Both the position numbers and the translations under genes were made by a program. The notes beneath the pieces are model-generated. The model was not told where the DNA came from. It made no database searches and was given only the letters and a program-made list of their open reading frames with translations. From assembly GCA_016187125.1 (NCBI GenBank), contig JACPKF010000001.1, positions 302,178-366,177 of the forward strand: a stretch of 64,000 bases of DNA. Reading direction: 5' to 3'. Source of the DNA: Candidatus Saccharimonadota bacterium (GTDB lineage Bacteria > Patescibacteriota > Saccharimonadia > Saccharimonadales > UBA10212). The first letter of the stretch is position 1, and each line of letters begins with the position of its first letter. Shown piece by piece: positions 42,249 through 49,382 of the stretch.

Positions 42249-42437
42249 CTGCGCTGCTCCTTCAATGTATTTGAATACATCTAAGTCCGCTGCTCGCTGG
42301 CGCCTAGCGATTTACCCAAGTATGTACCTCCTCTACCTTTAATCTTTAATATTTGAGTTGATTTTTAGGTAGCTAGATCATAACTTTATTGTACAGCTAA
42401 GTGGCTAGATATTAAGTTGTAATTTATTCTTACCGCC

Positions 42438-42483
42438 TCATTTCCTAATAGATTATGCGATCGCATAATCTATTAGGAAATGA
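42438..42483. promoter_or_regulatory. 46-bp perfect palindrome upstream of the HTH-MurA gene (candidate operator)
   Basis: TCATTTCCTAATAGATTATGCGA|TCGCATAATCTATTAGGAAATGA. It is followed by TTGACG-16 nt-TATCAT and then the ATG at 42550. Confidence 0.6.
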
Positions 42484-42549
42484 TAGTTATGATCGAAGCC
42501 GACGATTTACTTGACGCTTATATCACGTGTGATATCATCATAGGGTTTT

Positions 42550-44073
42550 ATGCACGAAACTAATCAGAAAATTGGCCGGCTTATTTACCAAATCCGCCAA
42601 GAGCGAGGCTTAACTCAAGCCGCTTTTGCTAAAAAACTGGGTACTAGCCAATCAGCCGTTAATCGCATTGAGCATGGCAAGCAGAATTTAAGCCTCGATA
42701 CTCTAGGCCGTATTAGCGATGCTTTGAACAAACAAATTGTCAGCCTTGGCGGCCAGGGTGTAAACCTACGTATTGAAGGTGGACAGGAGCTTAAGGGCGA
42801 AGTTACGCTGAAAAAGAGTAAAAACGCCGCGGTGGCGATTTTGTGCGCTAGCTTGCTCAATAAGGGTACGACTCATCTTAAAAACGTGCCGCGGATTGAA
42901 GAAGTAAACCGGATTGTGGAAGTTTTAACCAGCATTGGAGTCCACGTGCGTTGGGTAGGCACTAGCGATATGGAGATAAAAGTGCCAGCCAGGCTTGACC
43001 TGGATAATATAGACAAAGCGGCGGCCCGTAAAACCAGAATTGTAATCCTGTTGGCCGGCGCCTTGATGCACGACCTGAGCGAGTTTAAAATTCCTTATGC
43101 CGGCGGCTGCGAGATAGGTAAGCGCAGCATCCTGCCGCATATTTACGCTTTGGAAGAATTCGGCGTGCACATTGAGGCCCATAAAGGCAATTACCATATC
43201 AGCGTCAAGCGGCACCTGCCTGATGGCCCGGTAATTTTATATGAATCCGGTGACACCACCACCGAAAATGTTATTTTGGCAGCCGCCCGCATGGAAGGCG
43301 AAACTGTTATAAAAATGGCCAGCGCCAATTACATGGGACAGGAGCTGTGTTTCTTTTTACAAAAACTCGGCGTCAAAATCGAAGGTATCGGTACAACCAC
43401 GCTTCGGATTAGAGGCCTCAAAAATATTAAGCGCCATGTGACTTACTGCCCAAGCGAAGATCCGGTAGAAGCCATGACTTTCATTGCCGCGGCTGTTACT
43501 ACCGATTCTTCTATTACTATTCGGCGGGCGCCAATTGAATTTTTAGAACTTGAGCTTTATAAGCTAGAAAAAATGGGTCTAAAATTTGATGTTTCCAAAA
43601 CATACAAAGCCGAAAACGGCTCGACTGATTTAGTTGATATAACCATTCATAAACACAATGGCGAACTGCAAGCGCCCGAAGAAAAAATTTACGGCCGCCC
43701 CTACCCCGGCCTAAACATTGATCACGTACCCTACTTCGTGCCGATTGTGGCTTGTGCCAAAGGTCGCAGCCTGATTCATGACTGGGTCTATGAGGACCGG
43801 GCTCTGATGTATACCGAGATGAAAAAGATTGGCGTTGATTTAGAGCTGGCTGACCCGCACCGAGTTTTTATAAACGGCCCGACACAGTGGCGGGCGGCGG
43901 ATGTTGTAGCTCCCAGTGGCCTGCGCCCGGCGGTAATTTTGCTGATCGGCATGTTAGCCGCCCCCGGCGTCTCGATGCTGCGCAATGTCTATACCATCAA
44001 CCGCGGCTACGAAGAACTAGCCGCCAGGTTAAATGATCTGGGTGCTCAGATTAGCGTCATGCACGACATCTAA
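42550..44073 (+). CDS. murA: XRE-HTH domain fused to UDP-N-acetylglucosamine 1-carboxyvinyltransferase
   Basis: 507 aa. Residues 1-65 form an HTH: IGRLIYQIRQERGLTQAAFAKKLGTSQSAVNRIEHGKQNLSL. The remainder is MurA-like: LRIEGGQELKGEVTLKKSKNAAVAILCASLL...NVPRIEEV, with catalytic loop YAGGCEIGKRSILPHI. Confidence 0.8.
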   Translation: MHETNQKIGRLIYQIRQERGLTQAAFAKKLGTSQSAVNRIEHGKQNLSLDTLGRISDALNKQIVSLGGQGVNLRIEGGQELKGEVTLKKSKNAAVAILCASLLNKGTTHLKNVPRIEEVNRIVEVLTSIGVHVRWVGTSDMEIKVPARLDLDNIDKAAARKTRIVILLAGALMHDLSEFKIPYAGGCEIGKRSILPHIYALEEFGVHIEAHKGNYHISVKRHLPDGPVILYESGDTTTENVILAAARMEGETVIKMASANYMGQELCFFLQKLGVKIEGIGTTTLRIRGLKNIKRHVTYCPSEDPVEAMTFIAAAVTTDSSITIRRAPIEFLELELYKLEKMGLKFDVSKTYKAENGSTDLVDITIHKHNGELQAPEEKIYGRPYPGLNIDHVPYFVPIVACAKGRSLIHDWVYEDRALMYTEMKKIGVDLELADPHRVFINGPTQWRAADVVAPSGLRPAVILLIGMLAAPGVSMLRNVYTINRGYEELAARLNDLGAQISVMHDI

Positions 44074-44091
44074 ATTGGTACAGCATAGTTG

Positions 44092-44106
44092 ACCAGGTTA
44101 GAACCA
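44092..44106 (+). repeat. direct repeat, left copy (ACCAGGTTAGAACCA)
   Basis: 15-nt exact core within a roughly 36-nt imperfect repeat GGTACAGCATAGTTGACCAGGTTAGAACCACACTGA. The partner is at 45134-45148. Confidence 0.8.
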
Positions 44107-44136
44107 CACTGATTACTACATGATACTATTCCATAG

Positions 44137-44694
44137 ATGAAAATTCTTATTTTTGAAGGTATAGCTACAAGTGGTAAATCGACAGTTATCTCTGGCTTGA
44201 AAGAAGTATTGCCTGGTTTAAATATAGAGGTCGTCGGAGAGTCCGAAACGCATATACCGATCATGAAAGAAAAGGCGGATAAGCATATTGCGTTCTTTGA
44301 GTCACTTATCAATAAACTTATTGCTAATAAACCCGACCTATTAATTTTCGACAGGCTTTATTTAACTCAAGCATTTAGAGCAAAATGTAGCATCAATGAT
44401 TATGCGGAAATAGAGAAACTACTTTCTAAGTACTCCCCTGTAACAATTTTTCTCAAAGTAGACGAATCTGCCATTGCAAGCAGGATTTCAAAAGCAGCAG
44501 AACATAGAAGGTCAGATTATTTTGCATCAAGGGGCGAATCATCAGAGGAAATTGCTCAGTACTACATTGATCAACAACGAAATCAATTGAAGCTACTAGA
44601 ACAATCCAAGCTTCCTTGTAAGATTATTAATACCACCGAGCATAGCTACGAGAAAGTAATTAAAGAAATAAATACGCTTGTTAATGAAAAATGA
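44137..44694 (+). CDS. thymidylate-kinase-like P-loop nucleotide kinase (divergent)
   Basis: 185 aa: ILIFEGIATSGKST (compare the Tmk pattern FEGxDGxGKST) and IFDRLYLTQAFRAK (DRY-like). AT-rich. Confidence 0.5.
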   Translation: MKILIFEGIATSGKSTVISGLKEVLPGLNIEVVGESETHIPIMKEKADKHIAFFESLINKLIANKPDLLIFDRLYLTQAFRAKCSINDYAEIEKLLSKYSPVTIFLKVDESAIASRISKAAEHRRSDYFASRGESSEEIAQYYIDQQRNQLKLLEQSKLPCKIINTTEHSYEKVIKEINTLVNEK

Positions 44695-44799
44695 CCTCAC
44701 TTGAGGCCATTATGTTTATGCTTTGGTACACCCGGCGATGGTTCGACAAGCTTCGGCCTGAGCTCAGTCGAACGGCTCACCATAGCCTGTCGTGATATA

Positions 44800-45090
44800 T
44801 CATCCTTCGCCAGCCCAGGATTTGCTCCTGCTTAATTCTACTAACTTACTCCCGTCTCTATTGGTTAAAGCTTGCTTCTTAGCTTTTGACCAACCCTTGA
44901 GTTGCCGCTCTCTGTTCTCGGCATCAACTCATGTATTGAACTTTTCACTATAAACGTACTCAATTTTAGAATATCTTTTTGTATGTAACGATTGTTTATT
45001 CTGATACTGTGAAACACGTCGCCCTAAATTATCAGTCAGCCCAATATAATAGCTTTGATCGTTACAAAGAAGAATATATATGTAAAACAT
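44800..45090 (-). pseudogene. GIY-YIG family gene with one in-frame TGA
   Basis: MFYIYILLCNDQSYYIGLTDNLGRRVSQYQNKQSLHTKRYSKIEYVYSEKFNT*VDAENRERQLKGWSKAKKQAL... The stop is at 44929-44931. Not in the track because it is split. Confidence 0.7.
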
Positions 45091-45133
45091 GTACCAAATC
45101 CTGAGCCTGTCGAAGGATGGTATAGTGCACTGA

Positions 45134-45148
45134 ACCAGGTTAGAACCA
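45134..45148 (+). repeat. direct repeat, right copy (ACCAGGTTAGAACCA)
   Basis: Lies within GGTATAGTGCACTGAACCAGGTTAGAACCATTTTGA. Confidence 0.8.
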
Positions 45149-45229
45149 TTTTGACAACCAGGAATGCAGCTATGAATTTGTAGGCGGCAGATCTTTTCTG
45201 TCGAGAAGTTTAACAGTACAATAAAGCTA

Positions 45230-46066
45230 ATGGTTAAGAATCAAGAAGGGTTCGCTCATCTGTGGCCAGTGTTGTTGGTCGTGGTTCTAGCGGTTATTGG
45301 TCTTATTGGCTGGCGGGTGTTTGAAAACAATCACAAGCTCACTGGCCAATCTTCTTCAGCGAATTCAGCCCAAGCCGATACGGCTGTAGTTGCCGACGCC
45401 GATAAATTGCCAAAGTTTATCCAAGCTGACTGGATAGATACCAGCCGTATCGGCGCTGTCTCTAAGTTTCGCTCCAGCTCTGGGCATGATTTTTCCGGCA
45501 ACGGGGAAAGCTGCCGTAGCATGAAGCATTATTTTAACGCCTTGCGAACCGCTGAAGACGAAACGCTTGTCAACAACAATCGCGGCTTTCCACCACCGTT
45601 CAGTCTAGAGGGGGCAATCCCGGTTTATAGCCCGGTTGATGGCAAAATCGTTGCGGTTGAAAGCGATAAAGAAGATGTCGGCCAGCAAATTTATATTCAA
45701 CCGCAAAATTATAAAAGCTTTACTGTCCGTCTTTTCCATATTTTCTTGCTTGATGGTTATAATAAAGGCAAATCCGTTAAAGCTGGTGAACAGATTGGTA
45801 ACGTTGGGAAAATCCAAAACAGTGACATTGCGATCAGCAGCGGAGGGCTTGGCAGCCATAATTTTGTTTCTTACTTCGAAGTGATGCCGGATTCAGTCTT
45901 TGCCAAATACCAAGCTCTTGGAATAAAGGACCGCGAAGAATTAATTATTACCAAGGAGTACCGTGATGCCCATCCCTTGCAGTGCAATGGCGAACAGTTT
46001 GCCCAGCACTATGATGGGTCTAACGCCGACGAATTTGTCTTCATTAACGGTTATAGGGGGCGTTAG
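45230..46066 (+). CDS. secreted LytM/M23-like protein (HxH motif degenerate)
   Basis: 278 aa with an N-terminal TM. SSSGHDFSG (HxxxD-like), PVDGKIVAV, VKAGEQIGNVG, and GSHNFVSYFEV in place of GPHLHFE. Confidence 0.5.
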   Translation: MVKNQEGFAHLWPVLLVVVLAVIGLIGWRVFENNHKLTGQSSSANSAQADTAVVADADKLPKFIQADWIDTSRIGAVSKFRSSSGHDFSGNGESCRSMKHYFNALRTAEDETLVNNNRGFPPPFSLEGAIPVYSPVDGKIVAVESDKEDVGQQIYIQPQNYKSFTVRLFHIFLLDGYNKGKSVKAGEQIGNVGKIQNSDIAISSGGLGSHNFVSYFEVMPDSVFAKYQALGIKDREELIITKEYRDAHPLQCNGEQFAQHYDGSNADEFVFINGYRGR

Positions 46067-46132
46067 AGGTTACTGCCGTAAACTTCGCACATTGTACCAG
46101 CGATTGCTGATTGAGTGGAATGCTTCTGGTTT

Positions 46133-46153
46133 TGGTACCCCAGGAGGGATTCG
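46133..46153 (-). other. duplicated 3' end of tRNA-Arg(TCT) (21 nt exact)
   Basis: TGGTACCCCAGGAGGGATTCG is identical to 46351-46371, followed by a further CCCCC match after a 2-nt gap. Confidence 0.85.
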
Positions 46154-46217
46154 CCCCCCAAGTATTTCTCCTGACGGGAAAATCTCGCGGGCCGCGGCTC
46201 GCGGTCTTCGCCTTTCG

Positions 46218-46233
46218 TCCGCCAGCTGGCGGA
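46218..46233. repeat. F3 palindrome TCCGCCAGCTGGCGGA (intergenic)
   Basis: Exact 16-mer. The flanking AATCC matches the metG and tsaB copies. Confidence 0.9.
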
Positions 46234-46350
46234 TTCCAACTCAGACAACGCTGCGCCCGTTCGAATCCCACGCAACTGAAGCAGTTCAGTTGCTTCCAGC
46301 CATGAACAATCCTCCATAGCTAAGTCCATAAAGGACTTTGCGACGGAGGA

Positions 46351-46426
46351 TGGTACCCCAGGAGGGATTCGAACCCCCGACCTTGACGTTAGAACCGTCT
46401 TGCTCTATCCACTGAGCTACTGGGGC
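46351..46426 (-). tRNA. tRNA-Arg (anticodon TCT), CCA encoded
   Basis: The reverse complement is GCCCCAGTAGCTCAGTGGATAGAGCAAGACGGTTCTAACGTCAAGGTCGGGGGTTCGAATCCCTCCTGGGGTACCA. Confidence 0.88.
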
Positions 46427-46608
46427 CCCACTTCGCTCCGGATTTGCACCGGAGCTTCGAGGGGCAAGCAATTTTATTAATCGCTGCTTGTCCTCCGAAG
46501 CTTGAGTGTAAACGAAAGCGAAGGAGGAAACTACGGGGGCGCTATCAAGAGATTATATCAGATATAAATGGAATTGAACCGACTATCTAATATTGATATA
46601 ATGGTATA

Positions 46609-47274
46609 ATGAACAAATATAGAGCAGAGGCGGAGAAGTTGAGAAAAGCGGGCTATTCATACAACATGATTACCAATGCTCTAGGTATATCCAAAGGGAC
46701 TATGAGCTATTGGTTTAAGGATAAACCATTCACACCTAATAAGAAGGTCCTTGAAAGAATTAAATATGGTCCGATAAAATCTGGTGCCAGGAGTCATAAT
46801 AGACGAGTTAAAGAAATTGCAGACTTAAAAGAGCTGGGCAGAAAAGAGCTTGGCGAAATATCAAAGAGGGACTTATGGCTGCTTGGATTAGGATTGTATA
46901 TTGGTGAGGGCAGCAAGACAACCGAGAGTATAAGGATCATAAATTCGGATCCGGCCATTATTATTACTGGTATTAGGTGGCTAAGAGAAATTTGTAATCT
47001 ACCACTAAATAATATCGTTATTAGACTTCATATCTATCCTGATACAAATAAACAAGAGGCTATTAAATTCTGGCGATCTATAACTGACATTCCGAAGAAG
47101 AATTTTCGCAATCCAACAATTGATCATCGAACGGATAAAAAATCAAAAAAAACTGGTAAATTGCCTTACGGTACAGCACACATTATGGTCATTACAAATG
47201 GTGATCCAGAAAAAGGGGTAAAACTGTATAGAAGAATTAATGGCTGGATTGCCGGAGCATTAAATCAGCTATAG
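46609..47274 (+). CDS. HTH + LAGLIDADG-like homing-endonuclease-like protein (tentative)
   Basis: 221 aa, AT-rich. N-terminal HTH: AGYSYNMITNALGISKGTMSYWFK. WLLGLGLYIGEGSK resembles a single LAGLIDADG motif. It ends 13 nt before tRNA-Gly. Confidence 0.4.
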   Translation: MNKYRAEAEKLRKAGYSYNMITNALGISKGTMSYWFKDKPFTPNKKVLERIKYGPIKSGARSHNRRVKEIADLKELGRKELGEISKRDLWLLGLGLYIGEGSKTTESIRIINSDPAIIITGIRWLREICNLPLNNIVIRLHIYPDTNKQEAIKFWRSITDIPKKNFRNPTIDHRTDKKSKKTGKLPYGTAHIMVITNGDPEKGVKLYRRINGWIAGALNQL

Positions 47275-47287
47275 AATAAGTCGAAGA

Positions 47288-47362
47288 GCGGGTGTGGTAT
47301 AACGGCTATTACTTCAGGTTTCCAACCTGAATACGAGGGTTCGACTCCCTCCACCCGCACCA
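47288..47362 (+). tRNA. tRNA-Gly (anticodon TCC), CCA encoded
   Basis: GCGGGTGTGGTATAACGGCTATTACTTCAGGTTTCCAACCTGAATACGAGGGTTCGACTCCCTCCACCCGCACCA. Confidence 0.9.
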
Positions 47363-47436
47363 AATATCAGCCGATACACGAATCCCGCAAGCGTAGAAAT
47401 AACCTCTCGAACTACAGCAAATTTATATCCGCTCCT

Positions 47437-47934
47437 CTATGATTTCAGAAGCTGGGCGATAAAAATCGGGAACATTGTAGCCCCGACAATCAGTTCGGGA
47501 ATAATTCCCCACGGGTACTCGTGTTGAATACCCAGATGAAATTTCATAAACTTGTTTTCTGCCTTTATATCCATATCTCCGCCGTGCCTCAAATAATACG
47601 ACACTACCGAGACATCAGGAAGATAGGCGACAGAGCCGGCAATCAACATATCCCACTTATGAAAAATAGCTGCCGTAACAGCAAGCGCTAGCGCAATAGC
47701 CGTATCACTGAAAACAACTGTTTTATAAGTAGAAGGTATACTATGGTGATTGTGATTAATGCCATAGTGAGGTAGTGCATCGAGTACAAAATGCGAAACT
47801 AAAGCTACCGGTATGGCAACTGGCAAAGCCAAAAAGGCTCCGATCAGCGCACCGGAAAGCGCGTGGTTAGTGGCAGTCACGATTTTATAGTAACTCAAAA
47901 CCAGCCGGTTTGTGCTTATAATTAAATCGTGCAA
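47437..47934 (-). CDS. YdjM-type membrane-bound metal-dependent hydrolase (DUF457-like)
   Basis: 165 aa: TNHALSGALIGAFL, SHFVLDALPHYG. The start is uncertain. Confidence 0.55.
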   Translation of the reverse strand: MHDLIISTNRLVLSYYKIVTATNHALSGALIGAFLALPVAIPVALVSHFVLDALPHYGINHNHHSIPSTYKTVVFSDTAIALALAVTAAIFHKWDMLIAGSVAYLPDVSVVSYYLRHGGDMDIKAENKFMKFHLGIQHEYPWGIIPELIVGATMFPIFIAQLLKS

Positions 47935-48546
47935 CCTTCTGAAGAAAAGATTTACAACCAGCTAGCCCAGTTGCGAACTATGGCTTTTCGGCCGCTCAAT
48001 AAAATTTTGACTAGCCTGGGTATGACAGCCGATTCGCTCAGTTATCTGGCGGTGTTTCTGATGGTCTTATTCGTCTTCGTCAGCCAGCATAATCTAAGAC
48101 TGGGTTTTTGGTTAATTGTGGCCCGGATGTTGGCCGATGTACTGGACGGTCCCCTAGCCCGCTACCAAAAAACGGCTTCTGATCGGGGTAAATTCGTGGA
48201 CGTGTTGATGGATAATTTGGGTTTCGCTCTTTTTATTATAGGTGTAGTCAAAGCCGGCATAATAAACAGCTTGCCGGCTATAACTTACCTTTTTGCTACC
48301 GAGCTAGTGGTTGTACTGATGATTATAAGATTTAATTTAAAACGAAGAAGCAACTGGCTTTTTTACGCCAGTGCTGGCTCATTTCCGTATAATTTCGTCT
48401 ACGGCTCGTACCTGCTTTACGGTCTTTACGCCTTTGGCGGCGGCAATTATCTAAACGGAGCCGCTCAAATATTTTCGATCCTTTTAATAGCTAAGGCGGC
48501 CCTTGATTATTGGATCATTCAAAAAATCCCAGACAAAAAAGCCTAA
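47929..48546 (+). CDS. CDP-alcohol phosphatidyltransferase family protein
   Basis: 205 aa. Signature DVLDGPLARYQKTASDRGKFVDVLMD, matching D-x2-DG-x2-AR-x8-G-x3-D-x3-D. Confidence 0.8.
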   Translation: MQPSEEKIYNQLAQLRTMAFRPLNKILTSLGMTADSLSYLAVFLMVLFVFVSQHNLRLGFWLIVARMLADVLDGPLARYQKTASDRGKFVDVLMDNLGFALFIIGVVKAGIINSLPAITYLFATELVVVLMIIRFNLKRRSNWLFYASAGSFPYNFVYGSYLLYGLYAFGGGNYLNGAAQIFSILLIAKAALDYWIIQKIPDKKA

Positions 48547-48620
48547 AACTCCCTGAACCTCAAAACCCCCAGTCAACGTGTAAAGTTAAGGACCGACTCA
48601 TCCGTTGTTTACAAGGAGTT

Positions 48621-48645
48621 GTTTACAAGGAGCCTCCTTGTAAAC
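48621..48645. terminator. hairpin between convergent genes (F1-related palindrome)
   Basis: GTTTACAAGGAGCCTCCTTGTAAAC, preceded by a TTGTTTACAAGGAG half copy. Confidence 0.55.
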
Positions 48646-48685
48646 GGCAAAAATATTGCCTAATGATTATGTTTTGAGATTCAGG

Positions 48686-49240
48686 TTAAAACTTATTGGA
48701 TTTTATTTTGAGAAAATAGCCTAGCAGATTTATCAGCGGATGCAAGATACCGAATAAAACTATGGCAACTAAAGCTTGTTTCAAAGAAAAGTCGACGACA
48801 GTCATGGACAGCAGCAGGGCGCCGACAATCCAATCAATTTGATCAAATGGCACCCAAGTTCGTCCACTAGCGACCTTTATGCGCCGTTTAAAAAAGCTCT
48901 TGATAAGATCACCGCCTAAGGCGCCAAAGCCTAGTAAAAAGCCCAGCAAAATTGCATTTGCAGAGTTATAATCCACCAGCCAGTAGCTTCTGCTAGGAGT
49001 GATAGCCGTCTGTAAATAAACCGTTAATATGGCAAAAATTATGCCGACGAAAAAGCCGCGGTAAGTTTTATGAGGTCCAAAAATCGGCAGCTCCCCAATT
49101 TTTTTATTAAAGTCTACTGGTGTATTGAACAGGGGTAGCCACTTGAACAGGACTGGGACCATGTTAGCAATTCCAGCCGGCAGAAAAAACCAAAATACAC
49201 TGATAACTAGACTGCTTAACGAATCTACTCCTGTGCCCAC
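48686..49240 (-). CDS. CarS-like protein (CDP-archaeol synthase / DUF46 family)
   Basis: 184 aa: FWFFLPAGIANMVPVLF, FGPHKTYRGFFVG, GGDLIKSFFKRRIKVASG, PFDQIDWIVGALLL. This matches the remembered CarS family pattern. Confidence 0.65.
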   Translation of the reverse strand: MGTGVDSLSSLVISVFWFFLPAGIANMVPVLFKWLPLFNTPVDFNKKIGELPIFGPHKTYRGFFVGIIFAILTVYLQTAITPSRSYWLVDYNSANAILLGFLLGFGALGGDLIKSFFKRRIKVASGRTWVPFDQIDWIVGALLLSMTVVDFSLKQALVAIVLFGILHPLINLLGYFLKIKSNKF

Positions 49241-49382
49241 GGTTTATTTTGCGCCATGTGTCATTGGCAGTAATTATACTCATTGCCCGGCCGCTAAACA
49301 AAAAGGCTTGCATTAAAGCTTGCATGGGCTTAACATACACTTATAAAGTAAACATAACCTCTATAAAATAAAAGGATTTGTT

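Noticed and set aside
42154-42400. ZTP (pfl), THF or glycine riboswitch upstream of glyA
   Set aside because: I could not find the conserved cores by eye: GGGTCGTGAC...CCGCCTGGGC for ZTP, and ACCGAAGGGGCAA plus CTCTGGAGAG for glycine. Only vague resemblances were seen (TTGAAGGAGCAG, GCTCCTGGGAG). An Rfam scan is needed.
44929-44931. In-frame TGA as evidence for an alternative genetic code (UGA=Gly/Trp, as in some CPR lineages)
   Set aside because: Many conserved genes here terminate at TGA at the expected length (e.g. tpiA, tsaE, the small ORF before glyA). No other conserved gene needs TGA read-through. A single-gene pseudogene or sequencing error is more parsimonious.
46063-46471. Track ORFs 46044..46271, 46063..46329, 46111..46305 and 46286..46471
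   Set aside because: They overlap tRNA-Arg(TCT), its duplicated 3' end and REP-type hairpins. None has an RBS or recognisable protein features.
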